Positions 33,660 to 41,440 of a stretch of DNA of 64,000 nt are shown piece after piece (within the stretch, counting starts at the first letter, position 1; every line of letters begins with the position of its first letter). The position numbers were made by a program, and so were the translations under genes. The DNA is from Limisphaerales bacterium (GTDB lineage: Bacteria > Verrucomicrobiota > Verrucomicrobiia > Limisphaerales > UBA11358), in NCBI GenBank assembly GCA_003134375.1, contig PLAY01000176.1, forward strand, positions 48,254 through 112,253, given 5' to 3'. Below the pieces are notes generated by a model. It did no database searches, was not told where the DNA came from, and saw only the letters and a list, made by a program, of their open reading frames with translations.

Positions 33660-34496
33660 ATGCCAAAACTTCGCATAAAACGATTTTATTATCGTAACGG
33701 CCATGTCCACGCGGAAATCAGGGAAGTGGGGGGGGAGTTCCACGGTCTAAACCGCACCTGGCACCATAACGGCCAACTGGCCGAGGAATTGCGCTATCGC
33801 CACGGTCTTTTGCATGGCATCAACCGGCATTGGGATGAAAACGGTCGCCTGTTTGGTTCCTTCACCATGAACCACGGCACGGGCACGCAGCGTTACTGGC
33901 ATCAGAACGGAAAATTGAGGCTGGAAATAAATTTATTCAACGGCAAATTTTTCGGGCGCACTAGGACTTGGCTGCGGGACGGCACACTGGTTCAAGAAAC
34001 CTACTACATCAGCAACGTGGACGTAACCCGAGCCGCCTATCTGAAAGCCGCCCGGAAGCATCCTGACTGGCCGCAACACGAAGGACAACCGGCAGGCCGA
34101 GTCGCCCGCGAGGGGCCGGCCTTGAAACGCAAGGAACATGAATTGTTTATCGAATCCCTTTTGGAAAAATCCCATGCCGAAGCCCGGCAATGGTTGAGCG
34201 CGGCCAAAAATCCCGATCTTCGCTCGCTCGCAAGGTTTCGCACGGCAAAGGCGGCGCTTCAATTCGTGGAAACGCTATACACTGCCGGTGCAGAAACTGT
34301 CATTGCTGCTCTCATTTATGCGGGCAGACGCGGAAAACAATTTGCCGACCGGCTATTGGTCAAACTGCCGAAGGCGTCGGCAAAACGGAAGGCACTGCGA
34401 AAGATTTGTCAGGATTTATGCACCAAACGAGGCGGCGCATTGTTGCCAGACGAGAAGGATATGGGCGAGAGCCACCTGTTTATCAATCTGGAGTGA
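33660..34496 (+). CDS. MORN-variant repeat (YwqK-family antitoxin-like) protein with C-terminal helical extension
   Basis: Repeats YYRNGHVHAE, RTWHHNGQLAEE, NRHWDENGRL and RYWHQNGKLR. Start is taken at the ATG at 33660. Confidence 0.65.
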   Translation: MPKLRIKRFYYRNGHVHAEIREVGGEFHGLNRTWHHNGQLAEELRYRHGLLHGINRHWDENGRLFGSFTMNHGTGTQRYWHQNGKLRLEINLFNGKFFGRTRTWLRDGTLVQETYYISNVDVTRAAYLKAARKHPDWPQHEGQPAGRVAREGPALKRKEHELFIESLLEKSHAEARQWLSAAKNPDLRSLARFRTAKAALQFVETLYTAGAETVIAALIYAGRRGKQFADRLLVKLPKASAKRKALRKICQDLCTKRGGALLPDEKDMGESHLFINLE

Positions 34497-34832
34497 CAAA
34501 ATGAAACCTCAATCAAGGTGGTTGCCGCTTGTTGTTACGAACTTTTTTGGCATCGTAAAAATGGCCGAACTGGCGTCGCAAGGTTTTTGGCCGTTTGACC
34601 GAACTCCCATCGTAATTCGTGGCCGAATAGCCGCGCTCTGATCGCAAGGTTATGACGCGGCTGGTTCATTTTTGGATTTTCAAGTGACCGGGGGATTTCT
34701 CACCACATTGGCATCGTAAGTGACCGCTGCTCCTGGCGGTTTGCCGCACTGGCATCGTAAGGCCCGGATTTTGCCGTTGCCCCGGCTTTTGGCCGAACTG
34801 GCGTCGTAGCTGTTATGACGCTGGCAGACGGA

Positions 34833-35180
34833 TTATGTGCCGGTGATCTGGCGCATGGCGTCGTGGAAGGACAGGCCGAGGACTTGGACGTGGAAGTCAA
34901 TAGCATTGCCGGCGAGGTTTCGTTCCGGCCAGCGCCAGTAGCTGTCTTTGACGATAAGACCGGGATAGGCGGGCAAAATAAAATTACCGGCCTCGCACGC
35001 GATGATTTGGAGTCCGCGTTTTTCCAGCAGCGGCACCAGTGGTGCGAGCCGGGCGGTGCGGATTTGCTCGCGCGACCACCGAACATTTTTAAGCGATGGG
35101 TTGGTCACAGTCTTTTCGCCAATGGGGTTGAATGAGGACATGGTTGACCTGTTTGAGATCCACGATGCGGGTCTGGTCAC
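34833..35180 (-). CDS. Small transposon-associated protein (hypothetical)
   Basis: ORF downstream of tniB. The likely start is the GTG at 35108, overlapping the tniB stop. GNAIDFHVQVLGLSFHDAMRQI resembles a primase CHC2-finger region that lacks the cysteines. Confidence 0.4.
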   Translation of the reverse strand: MTRPASWISNRSTMSSFNPIGEKTVTNPSLKNVRWSREQIRTARLAPLVPLLEKRGLQIIACEAGNFILPAYPGLIVKDSYWRWPERNLAGNAIDFHVQVLGLSFHDAMRQITGT

Positions 35181-35889
35181 GGACGGCTTCGATGAGCGCG
35201 CCTAGGCAAAGGTTTCGGGTGCGGCGCAACAGACCTTCGCCGGAACGAACGATCAACGCGAGAGCTTCCGGGGTGAAGGTGTTGTGACCTAGGCCGGCGC
35301 GGTCGAGTTGATCCAAAACAAAGGTTTCCACAGTTTCTGGAGCCAGGCGCGAGAGCAGTGCCGAGTAAGTGACGCGGGATCGGATTTCCTCGTTGATGGA
35401 CAGCGAGAGCGATTGCAGCAGCGGTGGCTGACCAATCAGCACCAAGTTATGCGAGCGCGGGAAGTCCTCGCACAATAACCGGAGTTTGCGCAGGCAGTCC
35501 GGCGGCATGAGGTGGGCGTCGTCAATAATGGGCACGAGCATTTTGCCGGCGCGATGCACGCTGAAGGCTTGCTGCACCAGCAGGCGTTCGCAGTGATGGT
35601 CGCGGCCCTCGAACTCGATTTGAAACGCCTCACACAAAATGCGCAGCGTGTTGTGATAGGTGTGCAAGGTGCGGTTGACGACGGGCGTGATCATGCGTTT
35701 GGGGTCGTGGGTCAGGAGCGTTTGTTTGAGGACGCTTTTGCCGGTGCCGGGTTCGCCGAGCACCAGGCACAAACCGCCCTGCTGGGCATGGACGCGGAGG
35801 ATGTCGAAGATTTCCTGCTGGTGTGGCAGCAGCGTGAGGGCCTCCGGGTCGAAGGGATTGCGTTGCAGGCCGAAGTGGGAGCGGATCAT
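35089..35889 (-). CDS. tniB: AAA+ transposition helper ATPase (TniB/ExeA/MuB-like)
   Basis: Walker A LGEPGTGKS and Walker B VPIIDDAH. Positioned immediately after the DDE transposase. Confidence 0.8.
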   Translation of the reverse strand: MIRSHFGLQRNPFDPEALTLLPHQQEIFDILRVHAQQGGLCLVLGEPGTGKSVLKQTLLTHDPKRMITPVVNRTLHTYHNTLRILCEAFQIEFEGRDHHCERLLVQQAFSVHRAGKMLVPIIDDAHLMPPDCLRKLRLLCEDFPRSHNLVLIGQPPLLQSLSLSINEEIRSRVTYSALLSRLAPETVETFVLDQLDRAGLGHNTFTPEALALIVRSGEGLLRRTRNLCLGALIEAVRDQTRIVDLKQVNHVLIQPHWRKDCDQPIA

Positions 35890-35892
35890 AAA

Positions 35893-37119
35893 TTAAATTT
35901 CAGTTGGCGGGTTGAGCGGTTTTCTGTCGTTGGCGATGGCATTGAGCAAACGCGCTTCGCCCATGCGTTCACCCTTGTAATAAACCACCACGCGATTGAT
36001 CGGCTGCGAACGCTGGAAACGAATGTGGATGGTGCGATCCGGCAGGTGGCGTGGCGCTTCCCAGCGAAGCGATTTGAACGCGAACGTGTTGTCGGCGCGG
36101 ACGTGGCGCTCCTCCTCGACAAAGAACAGCTCGTCGTTGGCCTCATTGGGTGGCAGAAAGCGAACCCACTTGCGATCCAGCGCGTAGCGGTCCAGCGGAC
36201 TCATGCCCAGCACGGAATGCAGTTGGGCGTTGTAATGTTCCTCGACCCACTGCGTGAACTGGCGATTGAGCGCGTCGAGCGAACTCAAATCCAGGTCGCG
36301 CGCTAAAAACTGGTCGCGCACCGTGCGAAAGAACCGCTCGATTTTGCCCTTGGCCGCGCCGTCGCGCACCGGCGCATGGTGCAGCAGGCAGCCGACGCGG
36401 GCGCAGATTTGGAGGATTTCCTTGGAGGAGTAAATGGAGCCGTTGTCCACATAGAGCGCGTGGGGCACGCCGCGTTTGTAAAACGCCGCGCGGAACGATT
36501 CGATGAGCGTGTCCACATTTTCCGCCGGGAAGAACTGACCGTGACAACAGACCCGCGACGCATCATCAAGGAAGGCGATGAGCCGGGTTTGCACGGACAC
36601 CCCGTTGATTTTCACAAACGGGCCGTAAAGCGTGTCCGCCTGCCACATTTCGTTGGCGTGGGCTTTGGCGAACGCCAGGCGGATTTTCTTGCTGGCCTCC
36701 GCGTCTGGCTTGAGCAGCTCAAACTCCCGCACCAGCCGGTTGAAGGTGTTGGGCGCAATCTGGGAACGGGTTATAAGTCCGGCTTCGATGCACAACCGGT
36801 AGAGCAACGCCCGCGCCGGCGTTTTACCGTGGACTTTGGGCAGCACCTTTTGCACGGCCTCCAGCACGTCTTCGATCACCACCTTGCGCCGCTTGCCCTT
36901 GTCGGAACGCGGCTGGTTTTCCATGACGGTCACGCCATGTTTCTGATAACGCGAATACCAGGTCTGGATCGTGCGCCAGGTGAACTGGCGCGGGTGGCCA
37001 TCCTCATCGGTAAAGGTCATCTGGCTGACGGCCCGGATGCGGGCCTGAATCGAATTGCCTTCAGCCATGTCAATGGCCCCAAGCACCCGCATTTTCAAAT
37101 AGGCAGTGGGATTTCGCAT
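35893..37119 (-). CDS. tniA: DDE (rve) transposase, Mu/TniA-like
   Basis: WQADT, LYVDNGSIYSS and AAKGKIERFFRTV (D, D, E). N-terminal HTH region. Confidence 0.85.
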   Translation of the reverse strand: MRNPTAYLKMRVLGAIDMAEGNSIQARIRAVSQMTFTDEDGHPRQFTWRTIQTWYSRYQKHGVTVMENQPRSDKGKRRKVVIEDVLEAVQKVLPKVHGKTPARALLYRLCIEAGLITRSQIAPNTFNRLVREFELLKPDAEASKKIRLAFAKAHANEMWQADTLYGPFVKINGVSVQTRLIAFLDDASRVCCHGQFFPAENVDTLIESFRAAFYKRGVPHALYVDNGSIYSSKEILQICARVGCLLHHAPVRDGAAKGKIERFFRTVRDQFLARDLDLSSLDALNRQFTQWVEEHYNAQLHSVLGMSPLDRYALDRKWVRFLPPNEANDELFFVEEERHVRADNTFAFKSLRWEAPRHLPDRTIHIRFQRSQPINRVVVYYKGERMGEARLLNAIANDRKPLNPPTEI

Positions 37120-37281
37120 GAGTCATTATTTTTTGCAGTGGTTTGTATTCACGTCGGCGACGCTACCGGACACGGGATGCCGAGAGGGATGGGATTGTCG
37201 TGTTGTCGCCGGCCGGCAAAACCCCGCCGACAAAATCCCGACATGATAATTCGGCAAAGATCAGAGGCCGTGACGTCCGTC

Positions 37282-37893
37282 TTATCCCAGAAACGGACGC
37301 TGAAACCGGAGTTGAAAGGCCGCTGGTGGGCACTCGCTGTCAGGAAAGACTGCCCGCAGATGCTCCACGGTTTGCAGCAAGGGATCGGCGTGCGCGCTGG
37401 CTGGGGGTGGTTGCTCCCGGCAAAGCCGGCTGCGAAGTTGATCCAACCCGTGCCGCAAACGGCGGCGCACCCGATAGACCGTTTCCAGCGTAAAGGGCAG
37501 CCGCAGCTTTTCCGCCGCCGCCTTGAGGGAAAGTCCGGCCAGTAATTTGACCAGCCACGGCCACACCAGCGAAGCCGTCAATGTGTGGCGTGGCAAAATA
37601 TCCGCCAGGAACAAGGCGAATGTCCGCCCGCACCCGCCGCGTTGTCCGCGATTGGAACAATACACCCGCTGTCCCCGGAACGTTTCTCCGTCAGCGGCCT
37701 GGAGATCATTGCCCAATGCCCGGCTGTGCCGGTTCAAACTGCCAATGCAGCCGCAATGCGGACACGGCGACTGCTTGAGGGAAAAAGCTGTGCGTTCAAC
37801 TCCTGGTCGTCGCGCACAAAATGAAAAGGCAGATGGAACATCCCCATTGCTGCCCGAACTGGAAATGGTTCGTCGAGCTTTTTTCGACGGCAC
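37282..37893 (-). CDS. Cys-rich (zinc-ribbon-like) transposon accessory protein
   Basis: CPHCGC...YCSNRGQRGGCGR. First gene of the transposon operon. The start is uncertain. Confidence 0.45.
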   Translation of the reverse strand: MPSKKARRTISSSGSNGDVPSAFSFCARRPGVERTAFSLKQSPCPHCGCIGSLNRHSRALGNDLQAADGETFRGQRVYCSNRGQRGGCGRTFALFLADILPRHTLTASLVWPWLVKLLAGLSLKAAAEKLRLPFTLETVYRVRRRLRHGLDQLRSRLCREQPPPASAHADPLLQTVEHLRAVFPDSECPPAAFQLRFQRPFLG

Positions 37894-38099
37894 TTCCAGA
37901 CGGCGGGACTCGGTTCAAGAGGATTGTGAGAACAGGAGGACGGCGCTGACGGCACTTCACCCACACTGGGATCGTAATCTCACCCGGAACTGTGATTTTA
38001 ATTCGGCACAAACACGGCACTTCTTACGACGGCACTGCGGCACTTAACAGCTTGTCAAAATAGATTGCAAAGAAAGAAATTCCCTTCACACTTTCCCGC

Positions 38100-38759
38100 A
38101 TGGGAATGAAACCGAATGCCGCAACAATCGCTTTGGCACTCGCCTTTATTGCGAATGTCATTCCCGCACGCGCAGATGAAAAGCTTTCAAGTCTTCAAAC
38201 CGCGTTATCCCCGGCGACAATCAGCGGTTATGTATCAACCGAAATGTTCATCCCAACGGTTAATCCCGCGTTGGCCACATTTCAGCCAGAGCAGCCAATT
38301 TTTGGAAGACGGGCATGGCTTGCCGATTTTTCCGAACGGCGGTCAGGATATGACGCCTCATCTTTGTCGCCGCTTACGCTCCTAAATCCATCCGAAGTTG
38401 AAAGCATCGCACCGACTCTCAATTTGATTGATGTGGGCGTTCAAAATCCTTCACTTAATTTGCAAATTTTTCAGCCAACAGTTGGCGACGCGAATTCCAA
38501 TACAGGCGTGACCGCTGGTGAAGATTCATCGGGCGCAGTAATGATGGAAGCAATTCGCCAAACGACAGGAGCATCGCAATTTCCATCCATGCCCCCGCCA
38601 CCGGATTTGCAAATTCAATTTAGCCAGGCAGGGATACAACCAGCGCCCGAACCGTCCTCAATTGCCCTCGGCAGTTTGGCTTTCGGATTGATCGCATTAA
38701 CGCGATTGAACCAACGCCAGAGAATTTTGAAATCTTGTCATGGGGCAGCCACCTCGTAA
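38100..38759 (+). CDS. PEP-CTERM-sorted secreted protein
   Basis: Signal peptide ALALAFIANVIPARA. C-terminal PEPSSIALGSLAFGLIALTRLNQRQR. Confidence 0.7.
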   Translation: MGMKPNAATIALALAFIANVIPARADEKLSSLQTALSPATISGYVSTEMFIPTVNPALATFQPEQPIFGRRAWLADFSERRSGYDASSLSPLTLLNPSEVESIAPTLNLIDVGVQNPSLNLQIFQPTVGDANSNTGVTAGEDSSGAVMMEAIRQTTGASQFPSMPPPPDLQIQFSQAGIQPAPEPSSIALGSLAFGLIALTRLNQRQRILKSCHGAATS

Positions 38760-38967
38760 GGCAATTGCTTGGCTTATGACACTGACACTGGCGCGAATTG
38801 CCGTTCCGATGATATGGCTCAACTGCGCTTGTCAACGATACTACGGGTCGGCTCGAACACCATCGCTCGCCGCTTCCGTTCCTCGTTGACAATGCTCGTT
38901 GAGCCAGGAAGGGGGACGGCTGGTTAGGAATTCGCGCCGGGATTTCTGACCAGTGGGGGGAAGGTGG

Positions 38968-39879
38968 TTATTCAATTTTGAGGCGGTCACTGGCATTGTC
39001 AGCCATGAGGCAACCCTCCGCGCGTCCGTTGGCGAGCAATGCACCGGCCACGGCGTCGCCCACGAGTTTTTCGGTTGCGTCCCGCATGGGGCGCGCTCCG
39101 AGCTTGGGATGGAAACCCTTTCGCACCAGAAACGGCAAGACCGTTTTGTCCAATTCAAGTTTGTGGCCGCGCGAGGTGAGGAACTCAACTTCCCGCGACA
39201 AAAACTTTTCGGCAATCTCCAATTGATGCTCATAGCTCAACCGGTTGAACACGAGCTTCTCGGTGATGCGCGCGAAAATTTCCGGGCGCAGGGCTTGTTG
39301 TGCGCGTGACAGAACGTGCCGTTCCAATGTCGCGTCATTGGAATGTTGCAGGCTCATCAGTTCGGCAGAGCCGATGTTGGAAGTCAGCCAGATATAAAAT
39401 CCACTGAAGTCCAGTGTCTCCCCCGTCGCCACGGTGATGCGGGCTGCGTCGAGCAGTTGCAGCATAATGTCCAGCACGCGCGGATGCGCTTTTTCGGCTT
39501 CATCAAACAATAACGATCCTTCGGCGGCACGTTCACGCATCGCCCCCAAATAACCCGTCTCGCCCAGCTTCGCGCCCAACAACAAACCAAGTGATTCCTG
39601 CGTTTGAAATTCCGACATATCGAACCGGAATAATTTTTCTGCGCCAAAGATTTGCCTTGTCAGCACCACGACGGTTTCGGTTTTGCCGACACCGGTGGGA
39701 CCGAGCAGCAGAAAACTTCCGCGCGGACGACCCGGTTTGGTAAGGCTGAATTCCCCCCGTTGCACCACGGAGACCACGCGCGGCAGAACTTGGTTCTGCC
39801 CGCGAATTTCCGTCCGTAATACGCCATCCAGTTTGCGGAGGCGTTCGATTTTCTCACCGTCAATAGTTGTCGTGTTCAT
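38968..39879 (-). CDS. Stand-alone Clp/Hsp100 D2-type AAA+ ATPase
   Basis: LLLGPTGVGKTE (Walker A), LLFDEAEKAH (Walker B) and LGARPMRD (sensor 2), plus a D2-small-like C-terminus. Start at the ATG at 39879. Confidence 0.75.
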   Translation of the reverse strand: MNTTTIDGEKIERLRKLDGVLRTEIRGQNQVLPRVVSVVQRGEFSLTKPGRPRGSFLLLGPTGVGKTETVVVLTRQIFGAEKLFRFDMSEFQTQESLGLLLGAKLGETGYLGAMRERAAEGSLLFDEAEKAHPRVLDIMLQLLDAARITVATGETLDFSGFYIWLTSNIGSAELMSLQHSNDATLERHVLSRAQQALRPEIFARITEKLVFNRLSYEHQLEIAEKFLSREVEFLTSRGHKLELDKTVLPFLVRKGFHPKLGARPMRDATEKLVGDAVAGALLANGRAEGCLMADNASDRLKIE

Positions 39880-39904
39880 GTCCCGCCATGATGCCTGAAA
39901 GCAT

Positions 39905-39933
39905 TTTTCATCCTGTGCGATTTCCGCACAAGG
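39905..39933. promoter_or_regulatory. Second copy of the palindromic box (TTTTCATCCTGTGCGATTTCCGCACAAGG) between the Clp-like gene and the T4SS operon
   Basis: The 18-nt TTTTCATCCTGTGCGATT is identical to 13050-13067, followed by (C/T)CCGCACA. Confidence 0.6.
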
Positions 39934-40006
39934 CGCTTTTGAAAACATGAGAAGATGACCCCGTGTTCGGCGGAAGACCCCGCCGGGAAAATTAAACAAC
40001 AATGAT

Positions 40007-40372
40007 ATGAAAAAAATACTGGCTCAAAAAATCGTTCCTAAAATCCGCTCGCGGCTGCGCCCGTTCCTCACCGTCGCGGCCTTGTTCGCACTCAATACGC
40101 TGCCCGCCCTGGCTCAAGGGACGGGCTTCAGTTCCACCGACTTGAAAACCGGCATCAGCAACAGCCTTGCCGTAATCATGATGTTCGGCTTCGTCCTCGG
40201 CATCTCCGCTGTCATCTACGGCGGCTTTGCCATCCGTCGCGGCGATGTTGACCAGGGCAAGATGTCCATCATCGGCGGGGCCATCATCGCGGCGGCTCCG
40301 GCGGTGGTTTATGCCTTCTATAAAATCTTCGGCCTTGATGCCAACAGCGCCGTCGGCGTCGGCAACTTTTAG
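40007..40372 (+). CDS. virB2: T4SS pilin (VirB2/TrbC-like)
   Basis: Long signal peptide ending ALAQG, then two hydrophobic helices. First gene of the T4SS operon. Confidence 0.6.
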   Translation: MKKILAQKIVPKIRSRLRPFLTVAALFALNTLPALAQGTGFSSTDLKTGISNSLAVIMMFGFVLGISAVIYGGFAIRRGDVDQGKMSIIGGAIIAAAPAVVYAFYKIFGLDANSAVGVGNF

Positions 40373-40404
40373 CCAGCCAAACATAATCCAAATCCACGCC
40401 CACC

Positions 40405-40740
40405 ATGAGCGCCAAAAGTGAACTTCGCCTGACCGACACCAATGCCGCGTCCGACTCCAAAGGCCGGACGTGGGGTTTGGAAGGGGGTCTCTTTTGGTGG
40501 CTCATTGGCGGCATCGGCGCGGGCATCATTGTGTTCTTTGTTTTGCTCGTCCCCATGAATTCATCGCTGACCTTATCGTTCGTCGTCGCCCTCGTGCCGG
40601 TCTCGATCTGCCTCGCCTATATCTTTGCGTTGCGGCAGGGCAAACCGCCCGGTTACGACCGCGACTGTTTTGAATACCTGATGACGGGACGCGGCTTCAG
40701 TCCCGATGTTGACCGTTCATGTTCCCATCCACTTTTATGA
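40405..40740 (+). CDS. virB3: VirB3-like small inner-membrane protein
   Basis: Two TM helices (LFWWLIGGIGAGIIVFFVLLV and LSFVVALVPVSICLAYIFAL). Positioned between the pilin and VirB4. Confidence 0.55.
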   Translation: MSAKSELRLTDTNAASDSKGRTWGLEGGLFWWLIGGIGAGIIVFFVLLVPMNSSLTLSFVVALVPVSICLAYIFALRQGKPPGYDRDCFEYLMTGRGFSPDVDRSCSHPLL

Positions 40741-41159
40741 AATCTGAAAAATCACATCACCCCAAACACAAGCGCGAGTTCGGCGGCTGTGTTGAATTCA
40801 TCCCGACGCTGCCGGATTACACCGAGTTCATTGATGCTCACCGGATATGGTGTTTTCCGATCAACCACCTGACGCACTTTGTCCTGCAAGAGAATCCCAA
40901 CAGCAGCGGCCAGAAAACTTTGCCGCCCGACCAGCTCGTCCTGGTTTATCCGCCGGCAACCGTCGTCCTCAAAGGCTGGCGGCTGGAACTTCTGCTTGGC
41001 CCGCTGGTGAATGGGCGTGTGGCGCGCGTTCACGCCGAGAAACATCTCGGTGCGTTGATTCTCGAAGAAGCGTGGGTCTCCGAGATTCGCGTTCTGCTGC
41101 GCGACAACCTCATTCGGGACCGCGAAAAATTTGAAGACTTAATTTCACAACAATCATGA
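40737..41159 (+). CDS. Hypothetical T4SS-operon protein
   Basis: ATGA overlaps with both neighbouring genes. Possible distant paralogue of 9893-10249. Confidence 0.5.
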   Translation: MKSEKSHHPKHKREFGGCVEFIPTLPDYTEFIDAHRIWCFPINHLTHFVLQENPNSSGQKTLPPDQLVLVYPPATVVLKGWRLELLLGPLVNGRVARVHAEKHLGALILEEAWVSEIRVLLRDNLIRDREKFEDLISQQS

Positions 41160-41437
41160 ATCCCGGCGAACTTCAGGCAATTGAAAGCCAGCGGCAGGCG
41201 TTGCTTGGCCAGCTCACCGCCGCCGAAACCGCCTTGCGTGCCGGTCTGCATAACACACGCGGCTTCGGTGACACCGCCCGCGCGCACATGGAGCGGGCAA
41301 GGGCGCACCTCTGCGAAGCCTACATCGCCATCAACGAGAGCAAGTCTGTCCGCACCGTCCAGCAACTTGTGGATGACGTGAACCGTGTCCAGCAGGTGAT
41401 GGACGATGTGCAGCGGCGCAAATCCCAACGCATCTGA
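41156..41437 (+). CDS. Small helical hypothetical protein
   Basis: 93-aa ORF translationally coupled within the operon. Confidence 0.5.
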   Translation: MNPGELQAIESQRQALLGQLTAAETALRAGLHNTRGFGDTARAHMERARAHLCEAYIAINESKSVRTVQQLVDDVNRVQQVMDDVQRRKSQRI

Positions 41438-41440
41438 TTT

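Larger units (their letters stand above)
34678..38050 (-). mobile_element. Nested Mu/Tn5053-like transposon (TniA-TniB type); ends approximate
   Basis: DDE transposase plus AAA+ helper. Multiple A(C/G)TG(G/C)C(A/G)TCGTAAG-type sites occur in inverted orientation at the two ends (34707-34720, 34748-34761 and 34797-34809, vs 38023-38036 plus AAGTGCCGT repeats). Confidence 0.6.

Noticed and set aside
34501-34641. 46-aa ORF (MKPQSRWLPLVV...) after the MORN gene
   Set aside because: It is short and lacks a clear RBS. It also contains a copy of the transposon-end 16-mer GGCCGAACTGGCGTCG, so it may be transposon-flanking or end sequence rather than a gene.
36376-37545. 389-aa plus-strand ORF across the transposase gene and upstream region
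   Set aside because: It is antisense to the DDE transposase, which has a clear D-D-E triad. Its sequence is low-complexity and Arg/Gly-rich.
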